Assembly (NCBI GenBank): GCA_002633005.1
Contig: NMRA01000368.1
Location: 236,396-300,395 of the forward strand
Source: Phoronis australis
Taxonomy: Eukaryota > Animalia > Phoronida
Reading direction: 5' to 3'
Length of the DNA: 64,000 bases
Shown here: positions 12,301 through 21,389 of the stretch, piece after piece
Layout: every line of letters begins with the position of its first letter
How positions within the stretch are numbered: position 1 is the stretch's first letter
Notes under the pieces: generated by a model
What the model was told of the DNA's origin: nothing
Database searches by the model: none
Seen by the model: only the letters and a program-made list of their open reading frames with translations
Program-made: the position numbers and the translations under genes

Positions 12301-15300
12301 ATTGAAAAAGATGAATGCTTTAACTTGAATACACATTTAGCTCCAACTGAATTTGCAACATTCACTTTGAGACCAAGCCTTCTTTGGCCGGGCAGAAGAG
12401 TAACTAATCATAATAACCATTTATTGACGGAAAGTGGTATCATTGGATAGGAGAATGACTGGGGTTTCTATTGGTATGCAATATGATTTACTTAAAACAG
12501 AAATAATGAAAACACTGAAGAGTGAACACAAATTTCCGAACTTTTGGATATGTGTTTATTTTGTTGCCTATACACGTACGTGCTCGAAATTAACTCGGCT
12601 CATTGGTCATGTCATAAATTGTGCCCCACGATACAGTGAGACGAATATCTCACTTTATCTGACAAGCGTAAATTCTTGCAGCATGCAGGCGAGCTGGGTT
12701 AAGTGCTTAGCCTATTATAATTCATAATTGCATTTCCTGGCAACAACCAATCTCTCTCGCTGGAACTCCCTAACCGTGTGTACTACATTTATTTCGTTTA
12801 CTACCAACGTAAATAACAAGTCAGTCTGCATTTCGCTAGCGTTGAGTTGTAACCTGAGCTAAAGTTCACTCAAAGACGACAGGTCAGCCTGAGCAATCCT
12901 CAGCGCTTGTCCTAATTTCAGTACAATCAGCGTTGCTTTTTCGTAACGAGAGTCGTATAAAGGAGGTAGACATGCATATCGGTTTTTCATATTCTTCTAT
13001 AAAATGTGTAAAATTTATTGTTACAGGGTGTTAGATGTTTCGGAAATCCCGAGGAAACATGGAACAAGTTTTTGGGTCATCCATTGATCCAAAGAAAAAT
13101 ACCGTTTTTTTAATCCCTCTTCCAACAAATGCTGTCACGTGTTTTCAAAAACTTACCGTGGTCCCGTTCATGGCACCAATAATTACTTAAAGGTGTAAAT
13201 CTATTGTGTATGTATCTTACTGTACTTTTTGGATTTGCCAAATACGTAATATTCACTTCATAACCCTAGGAGGGCTTTGAAGTTCCTTTATATAAGATTT
13301 CAAATTGTACCATGATTTGGTTTGATCAATTCATGACAGAAAAAAATTCATCAATTGTATTGCCTCTACCGTCAAATAATGAATTGGGATCAATGCGTTC
13401 GAAGTTTTGCAAACATCACATTCTTCTTTTGGTCACCTCAGACTGAAAAGTATGCATGTAATGCTCCAGTGTTACCAGTGTGCATGGATAACTGTACAAT
13501 TGTTCATTCTGACATAGATTTTACGTGTAGTGGTGTGAAAATTGGCAATTTGTGGTTAAAACGTATGTGCTATCGTGTGGGTTGTGTAGTCAGATTCCGT
13601 TCAAATGAGCTGAACCGTTTTGTAGGGTAATGGAATTTTCAAATTTTATCAAAATGACCACTTTGCAATTTTTCGAATTAATTAAAATGTTCACGGCGAA
13701 ACGCAACTGAAGAATCAAAGCCTATGTTTATGAAAAAGTTTTTGAATTGTGAAAAAATTCTAAAATATAGTGTTAAGACAGAATTTTCTTCTACAAGTAA
13801 ATTTGTTTTAGACGGGCATAAAACAGTACTAGGATGGCAAGGGATCGTACAATTTTAAAGTAAATGAGAGCTGGCTGTATGAATTGCTTTGTGAGAATGA
13901 CTTTTTGCTGTGATGCCTTTGTACTGTTTCAGTTCACGTTGACGAAATTATGACCAAAGCAAAGGAAATAGAAGAAGGAATTTCGAGGTTGCATCAGAAA
14001 AAAGGCAATGTGATGGATCTATTGCCTAAAGCGGGAAAAATTGACTCCTGCACGGGTAAGTTCAATCTTTAGCCTGGTTATCGCTCCTCTCCAAAATTCA
14101 CAGTGGCTGTATTTCACTATTTGCTAATGATGTTCCATAATCTCACTATTGCAGTTTACCTGGAATTCACAGGAGGCTCAGTTTCTTCTCGCAGTGATTT
14201 TGTGTGTGTCCATGTATCCTCCCAGGACAATTTGTGACTCCACAGTAAAGATTTTTGAATCGATAGTATGAGTTGTTTACTCACCACACTGGTTCACAAA
14301 GGTTGCAAGAGATAAGAACTTAATTATACATGTACATATACATATATTCACTGCCTTGTACATCTAAGGTACAGTGGGGTGTTCGGTTGACTAGTACCAT
14401 CTCACCATAGCAGAGCTTAGAGAACTCGGATCCGGCGGTTAATCTGCCTCCTCTTGGTCATAGAAATGACTTGGCAAGGTAGACTGGCCCTCCCAATAAG
14501 TGCACAGGCTGCTCCCCAATCACAAAACATTTTTATACTTTTATATTTTACTCCATGTTGATGTCCTCTGGATAACAGCAACGCATTGATGAATTCACTC
14601 TACGCAAATCCTGTGCTGTTCGTTCTTATTAAATAAGCAGAAATGAAGCGAGACGTAACAGGCTAGTGATTTTCCAAATAAAGAAGTCAATCACTAAGGA
14701 ACCTGACTGTATTTTTGGCTTGAACGAAGCCGACTGCACGATGCAAGTTGGAGTCAAACTAACATTACGGTTGTGAACTATCAGCCTAGATGTAAAGTGT
14801 ATGACTTATATGCCAAGACAAAGGTCCCGGACACAAAAACAGCTGTTCCGTGCCCAAACTCAAAACAATTCCACCACGGGGGTTTGGTCTAGGACTACAC
14901 AGAGTTTCAGGACGATCGGCCACGTCGTCTCGGCGCCTTAGTGGGTACTTAAAGAATTTTGCTTACCGGGTATTAAATTCACAGGATCGCTTCTCATGGT
15001 GCCTTCAAACTTTTGTTTCCTATTTTGTATCAAGACTACTCTTAAAATTCCTTGTGAACCGCCCGGGCGTTCTGCTTATCACAGTTCTTTTCTCATGAAC
15101 ACGCCGGATTACCCGCTGCAATTGTTTTTTTGTGTACCACCATGAATCTGTTCTCTCTGTATCATTCGTACATGTAGTTGAAATTCTGAAAACTAGGGCA
15201 ACCTCCCTGGGTGTGCACGGTCGCATTCTTGCTGCCCCATATCCCACACGAATATGCATGGTGTCATTTGTCTCCGAGGGTTTTCGTTGTTATTAGTGTT

Positions 15301-18300
15301 TTTATTTTAAGTGGCAGTTATTATCACACGTGCGTAAATGTAGCCGCACCAGCAGTCGTGGTGGTGGTACTGATGCTTGTACCGTTGGTATTTTTAGATG
15401 ATCAACTTAAGCAGCTTTCGGAGAAAGAGGAGAAATTGAAGAGTAATTACAAGAAACTCACAGAAATCATCCAGAAGGAAGAAATAAAACAAAAACATGA
15501 AAGTATGTAGAAGCTATATTTGTTCCTTATACATGTATGTGTCCTTGGAGCATGTGTCAGTCTAAGAATCCTTCACAAAAAGAATTCATCCCCGAAGCTT
15601 GAAAAAACAAGCAGAATTTGAAATCATGTGACAATTACGTTTTTGTAAATGCATTTATGTCTCATTTCTGAAAAAATAGCATTGTTTTATCAAGCCATGG
15701 ATATGTTCGCATGCTCTTCAAACTGGAACAATCCGTCTCGAATGGGTGGTTAACCTGAAACTGGCGCCTCTTTTTTGAAATTCCATATAATATGCAAATC
15801 CGCAGTTGCGAGTCTGATGTCTGTTATCGATGCTTTAACATAAATTGTGGGTTAATTTTTGATAAGTTTCTACTAGATATGTGTTAAGAGTAATTGTGAA
15901 CGAGAACCGTTATGGAGGGACCCTGTTTTGTTTCCACTATATTGGCGATTTCTCGGTTAAGAGTTATATTGTTTGCAGGCCAATCTTCAGTTGATTACAG
16001 TTCCGAGAGTAACTCTAGGAAAGAAAATTTGCAGTTAATAGCACGAGTGAATCTTATTGAAAAGGGCGTTTTCGAGGAAGCAGGTTAGTATACGTTTCTT
16101 GTTAGAATGGAAATTTTCCCTTTTCAGATTGAAAAGTTACTTGCCGTATGACGCGTTTTGACACCCACGCGCCTTCTTGGGACAACTTTTTGACACATAG
16201 TTTTATCCAAAATAGTAATTTGGTACACGGTGTATTCAGTTACCAATCCTTTACACGGCGATCGTTATTCCATAACAGTGAAACTATGATACTGGTCAAT
16301 TTCAATAAAAGCAAGTGCTATCAACAGCAAATAATCAAGTTTGCATTTCAGAGCGACAACTTGAAAGGTTGGAGGCGAGGGAAGCAGAATTGGCAGCATC
16401 ATTCAGAGATCGTTCTGCGACTGGAGGATCGTCATCAGTATGTGAAATACTTCAGCAACTGGGAGATGTTTACAAAGAACGAGGTTTGCTGACTAAGTCC
16501 ACACAACACATCGCAACAGCTTCTGCATTATATAACGCGGCTTTCGTTGGTGAAAAGGAAGCTGATTCTGTTCGGAATCTTGAAATGCTGTTGAGAGAAA
16601 ACGAAACCGCTTTCTGCCGAATTTTATCCTTATCAGATGGTATGCTACCAGTTGAGTTCAGGTCAAAGGTTATTGACAGGTTAGAGACTCTTAGACTTGG
16701 CGTGACCTCTGAAAGTAAACAGTTACTGGACAACTTTTCGGAAAATCTTAAATTTGATGCACCACACGATGAAAGAACTGATATAGAAAAGGCGTTTGTG
16801 ATCGAGACCAGAAAGCTCTCTCAACGTGTAAGCGATGAAATAGCATCTTTGTGTGAAGAGTTCTTGTCAAAAAGTTGCGAAATACTGGGTCCACCACCTC
16901 ACGAATATGCTGTCATTGCCTTTGGGTCCTTGGCAAGGGGCGATATTACACCAAGTTCAAGTAGGCCTATTAAACTGGGTATTCTTTGTGAAAACGATTG
17001 CAGAGATGTCGAGTATTTTAAAAACATGATGAATCTTGTCCACGTATTTGGCCATAATGTGGGAGAAACAGATGTTAGTACTTTGAACATCAAATCACTG
17101 AACGACAATGTTACACTAGGTCGTGTAACAACTCCCGGATTCTCACTCGACAGTTCTTTTCCTCATTCGGACGCAACAGGGCAGGAAAGAAACACATTAA
17201 TTGCGACTCCCACCCAAATGACAGAGATACTTGACTATGGCTCATCGTCATCACGTGGTCATGAGTTCATTGATGTCGTTCAAATCCATGGTAGCGCTGG
17301 CGGCGATTCACTATTTAAGGAATTTGAGTACATGAAATCTAAAAAATCGGCAAGCAGAAAAGGAAATCTCTTGTCGGAAATTCAAAATTGCAAAGGAGAC
17401 ATGTTTGTCGTAAGCCTTTTTAAACCACTCTTTCGTCTGGAAAACAACAATGTGTGGGAAAGGCTTAATGAAATGAGATCCAAGGCATTTTTGTCAGACG
17501 AAGCCACGCACAATTTACAAGTGGCGTTATCGATAAGCGCGCTCTTCAGACTGCACGGACAGACTAGTGACGGGGAGCAGAATGAATGGCACACTGTAAG
17601 CCAGCTCTTATCAATTCTTGCGAGCGGTAACTCTGAACAAGGAGAAGCGCCGAAGTACAGCAAATACAACCCTGTCATTATCAGATACTGTTGTACGGCT
17701 TTGCCTTTTTTTGCCTTTTTGTGCAAACAGGGTTCTGATTTTGAGCTGGACACCGAAATAAAAAAACAGAAGTTCTGCGATGAGTTTCTATTAAAAATGG
17801 GTGGGGTACTCATATTGTCACAGGTCAGTGAAGACAAAGGTGAGCATAGTATTGAAGAGTATCTTAAATCCTTAAGTGTCGCAGGTGAGGCTAGCAGTGA
17901 TACTATGGAGGAGATAGCAACGGAATGGTTGAACCGAATAACTGGGACAGACCACAGCAATACCTCTTCCCAGGACTCGGCAGACGTTGGGTTTTCAAGT
18001 AGTTTTGACGATGCCGGGTGTCATATACTAGCGCCATGTTTGTACATTATGGGACAAATGTACAGTAAAATGGGTAAGCATCAATTGGCCTTGAATTATT
18101 ACCACAAATCACTGATTCTCTGGAAAAGACTTTATGGTGAACGCGATAGGCACGAAGTTGCTGCATGTTTCAATGGCATCGGATGTGCACACGTGAGTTT
18201 GGGCGATTACAACCAGGCCCTAAAGTTCCTTAAGGAATCCTTGGATGTGACGAAGAGAATCACTGGAAACAGAGATGACAGCAAAATTGCTCTATGCTTA

Positions 18301-19296
18301 AATAACATGGGGAACGTTTACTTGGACAGGGGAGATTACAAATCCGCTCTGGAATGTTACAATAACTCGCTGAGTATGATGAAACGACTTCCTGGAGATG
18401 AAAATCGAGCTGATATGGCGTCTTGCTTGAACAACATGGGTAACTTGTGTAAAACGTTGGGCCAGCACGATTTAGCCATGGAACACCTTGAGGAGTCGTT
18501 GAGGTTAATGCGAAGAAAGTACGGTGAAGTAGATCACCCGGAAGTTGCATCGGCATTGAACAATATTGCAAGTGTATACCTGGCTAAGGGCAAATACCAA
18601 GTTGCATTGGAATCTTTTAAAAAGGCTTTGGCAATGAGGAAGAGAATACTTGGAGATGTTGAAGATTCTGACATTGCATCATCTATGAATAACATAGGTG
18701 GTGCGTACTATGAAATGGGAAACTACAATGAAGCTTTAACATACTTAAAACAATCACTGAAAACTTTAAAGAAAATAATTGAAAAAAAAGATCACCCTGA
18801 CATCGCGCACTGTTTGAGTAACATAGGAAGTGTGTATAGTAAAACGAATCAATACGAAAAAGCTTTGGGATATTTCAAAGAATCATTGGCTATGTTGAGA
18901 AAGATCCATGGTGATGCTCATCCAGATGTTGCGTCATTTTTGAATAATATTGGGAATGTGTACAGTCGGATGGGGAATTACGGAAGCGCGCTGAAGAACT
19001 ACAAAGATGCACTGACGATCTGGCAGAAGGTCCATGGAGATAATTACCATCCTAACATGGTCACGTGCTTACAGAATATGTCGGCTATGTGTGCAGGACT
19101 CGACAAAGTTGATCTAGCCAAGCAGTATGCAAGAGACTCGCACTATGTTAGGAACAAACTTGAGTCTGGTGGACATAAGGTGGATGTTAATTCAAGACTA
19201 GCAAAGGGTAATTTGAATGCAGCTTCTTCCTCAAGTTCGTTTTTACCTTTCACAGTAAACCAAATAGGACATCCTCTAAGGTACTGGCGGTGTTAG
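3220..19296 (+). CDS. Predicted 9-exon gene (~1414 aa): 2x RHIM - TRADD-N-like - coiled coil - DUF294/GlnD-GlnE-like nucleotidyltransferase (degenerate active site) - 9 TPR. join(3220..3370,4525..4683,7189..7470,8574..8654,10011..10073,10981..11316,13933..14055,15398..15502,16352..19296)
   Basis: Each internal exon has a pyrimidine-rich AG acceptor and a GT donor; all junctions are phase 1 and the joined frame (4245 nt) has no internal stop. Domain calls are from motif recognition. Confidence 0.8.
3486..4250. repeat. Diverged direct repeat in intron 1 (copies ~3486-3670 and ~4024-4250) flanking a tRNA-like segment with a B-box (GGTTCGAGTCC, ~3766)
   Basis: Both copies share catatcacgt..caaagtgtcatct and gactgagtaatgagtaatttcactggttat. 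Confidence 0.7.
4525..4683 (+). CDS. Exon 2, contains RHIM 1 (SIFDNVDNLQMGNNNTMI)
   Basis: Acceptor aatatttcag, donor A|gtgagt; 159 nt, phase 1-1; the motif matches the RHIM pattern (I/V/L)Q(I/V/M)GxxNx(M/L). Confidence 0.8.
5476..5630. mobile_element. Short MITE-like element of the GGCGGATCCAG family
   Basis: ataggaggatccag at the left and ctggatccgctcttg at the right form imperfect inverted ends; related to the element at 31232. Confidence 0.5.
7189..7470 (+). CDS. Exon 3, contains RHIM 2 (VLRDVKNAQIGNCNKMMV)
   Basis: Acceptor tatatttcag, donor AAG|gtaatg; 282 nt, phase 1-1. Confidence 0.8.
8574..8654 (+). CDS. Exon 4, acidic linker (ASDGCSAEPEPTHDIKLNELVTEAID)
   Basis: Acceptor tttttggtttcag, donor ATG|gtaatt; 81 nt, phase 1-1, open frame. 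Confidence 0.65.
9060..9200. repeat. Degenerate ~40-bp tandem repeat (core ttcagtccatcgaatt)
   Basis: Four cores at ~9063, 9098, 9139 and 9180. Confidence 0.6.
10011..10073 (+). CDS. Exon 5, linker (AEHLVDSSSRLLQHIDSDSQ)
   Basis: Strong acceptor gtttttgctttttcag, donor AAG|gttcgt; 63 nt, phase 1-1. Confidence 0.65.
10981..11316 (+). CDS. Exon 6, TRADD-N-like domain
   Basis: GCIEITFECTSLEDVEDLRKQLLDGHLDGNLKRAFMTEEV...DFDISIEV fits the invertebrate TRADD-like N pattern (G[CS]IxxxxxCxxxxxLxxLxxxxxxGxLxxxLxxxxxT); donor A|gtaagt; 336 nt, phase 1-1. Confidence 0.75.
11575..12558 (+). mobile_element. Internally deleted Tc1/mariner transposon in intron 6
   Basis: Long imperfect TIRs (ggaaatttgtgttcactctt / aagagtgaacacaaatttcc); transposase N-terminus MPRLPETEKVRAL at 11975 lies directly before the Tc1 C-terminal motif LTQEWNAITQLRITRLVNSMRRRSVAVLTAS..STQY. 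Confidence 0.85.
13933..14055 (+). CDS. Exon 7, helical/coiled-coil segment (HVDEIMTKAKEIEEGISRLHQKKG...)
   Basis: Acceptor tgtactgtttcag, donor CGG|gtaagt; 123 nt, phase 1-1. Confidence 0.75.
15398..15502 (+). CDS. Exon 8, coiled coil (DQLKQLSEKEEKLKSNYKKLTEIIQKEEIKQKHE)
   Basis: Acceptor gtatttttag, donor AAA|gtatgt; 105 nt, phase 1-1; heptad-like charged sequence. Confidence 0.75.
16352..19296 (+). CDS. Terminal exon: TPR-like cap, DUF294-like nucleotidyltransferase and helical domain, 9 TPRs
   Basis: 993-codon ORF with acceptor tttgcatttcag at 16351; YAVIAFGSLARGDITP (polbeta-fold GS motif), HNVGET, PGFSLD and LIATP motifs; repeats of the type ASCLNNMGNxYxxxGxYxxALxxxxxSL...HPDV. Confidence 0.93.
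18031..19160 (+). repeat. Array of 9 TPR units (43-aa period, one 42-aa), kinesin-light-chain/TPR_12 type
   Basis: Directly visible in the translation, from APCLYIMGQMY to VTCLQNMSAM. Confidence 0.93.
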
Positions 19297-21193
19297 TACT
19301 CCGAACGAGGATACCCATGTGTTGCGTCATGCATTCGAACACTTGTCCAGCGTAGATACAAATCCTTCAATGGTGCACTATACAGGACCAGGTGTATTAG
19401 GCACCATCCTCGTTTGGTTGTGTTCTTATGTTATTGTACTATGTTGAACAAAATGTATTTGGTGAAGAAAACACGGTAGTCTAGTAATCGAGAGAGCGTG
19501 TTCTGGAATTTAAACATTTACATGTACATGTACGTTGAATTTTAAAGAATTGGAAGCACGTGACGTAAAAAAGATTTGGCAATTTTGTTGATTTTGGCTT
19601 GATTAAGCGTTGCTTTTTGTGGGTGATTTATTTTTCCATGGAGACAAGAAAACAACACAATTCGATTAGAATTGATAGCTTAGACAACACAGGAAAATTG
19701 GCAAAGAATTCCCAGTGTGGCGGAATCGAAGGAATCATTATCGGCGACAAAATCCCAACTCTGCACTACAAGTTGACTTTCTTAATATTGTTTGCCCAAC
19801 AACTTTTTCAGTTTGATGGTACGTTTACGGAGGTCATGACAGAGGCACGTCTGTATAGTGAATGCATTTCTCAGGGGCTTGCTAATGAGACCTATTTTAA
19901 AACATAGCTTTCTTGACAAAGCGTCCATCAAATGTAAACAATATGTGTTGTACTGTTATAAAACTGGCTATGTTATGCAGACCAGTTTCACGAACTAATC
20001 ATGTTTATGCTAATGCACTCTTCATTTTTATTACCTTCAAATTAGTGTTTTCAACAGACAATCGTGTTTAAGGCATGTTTGCCGAGCACAAAGTTTGTAC
20101 GTCCGTGTGTATGTTTCACTACTAAAATGCTCTGGTTGTCTTGATGGCATATGCACGTTAGATTTGCGTCAGTTTGGGCGTATATACTCCACTTCCACTT
20201 AGCTTTTGATTAGGTTAAGTCATCACTATGCGTGTACTGTGGATTAATAGAATGACGTAGTTTGTAAAGAAGGTTCTGCGATCACACCGTTTCTAGGACT
20301 CACATTAATTATGAAGTCGTTCCATCACTTCCTTACCGATTTGTCCATGCTTCAGCCCATTATACATATTTCTTACAGTTCTTGAGAGCAACATTTCGTT
20401 TGGTGGTCTTAAAGTAAATTTGACCACTAAAAAAGCTTAGCTAAGTGATGCCGTATAAAGACGAAATTTGATCTTCGAATTATTTATTTTACCTGATCCA
20501 GGTCAGCTGGTCTAAACAAATGTCTTAAAGTCGCTATATCTCATTAAATCGTGAATATGTGAATGGACTACTAGTTTACAAACAATTCTGGGTCATCCGG
20601 TGTGCCGGAAAACAAACAAGAACCAGATACCATTTCACTCTTGCGAAAGTTTCGTTTTGCGAGACTAAGTTTTGTAAATGAGTATGGTAATATCTCATCT
20701 TTACCTCATCAAAACAAGGCACAGTTTATATTATTTGTTCCTTTCGCTATCAATAACGATTGCGTAATACTTGGATTTACTAGATTTTCTACATGTTCAC
20801 ACTTGATTTTAATTGTATCAAATCTGGTGTTTTCTTTTAAACCTTACTTTATTTATAACTTGTTTCTTTTCCTGATTATACTTGTACACACAGTTCTCCA
20901 GGAAATCACAAGGTGGGGCTTGCTAAAAATATAAATATTCACGGTTTTAGTGAGACATAGCATGTTTAAGACCAAACATGTATAACGATAGAAGGAAGTC
21001 TTAATCTACGCTTTGATTATTAAGTTTAAAGTAGGTGAATTCTATTGGATAACTAGATCACAGTTAACATCAACATTGACTTACTGTGTTTGAATTTGAT
21101 GCATAAAAATTGACGATGATACACATGTATCTATCCAATCGAGTGGCTTTAACACATTTGTGTGACTATTTTGTCTTATATAGATGTGTGATC

Positions 21194-21199
21194 AATAAA
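21194..21199 (+). promoter_or_regulatory. Candidate polyadenylation signal (AATAAA) for the TPR gene, implying a ~1.9-kb 3' UTR
   Basis: AATAAA followed by T/GT-rich sequence, just before the TE-rich region starts. Confidence 0.3.
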
Positions 21200-21389
21200 T
21201 ATTTGTGCTTAATAATCTGTATTTTACAATTTCACATGTTCATCTTGCGTTAGTCCGTAACAAAATCAATTTATATTTTTCAAAATTCTCTTCGTCACGG
21301 TGTTAACCTTGAAGCTAACCAGATACGATAAAAATGCCGATAGTGATAAGCGGTTTTCCACCGAAAACACATTCAATTCGAGATCTTAA

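Noticed and set aside
16315-16351. ORF-track start (GTG) of the 993-aa ORF as the true start
   Set aside because: It is a non-ATG start in a eukaryote, and a good phase-1 acceptor at 16351 links the ORF to upstream exons.
16906-16990. cGAS/Mab21-like or OAS-like cyclic nucleotide synthase
   Set aside because: The surrounding motifs fit the DUF294/GlnD-GlnE branch rather than Mab21 or OAS, and the catalytic acids are missing.
17382-18571. Minus-strand ORFs of 192 and 103 aa
   Set aside because: They are antisense shadows of the real coding exon with no recognisable motifs.
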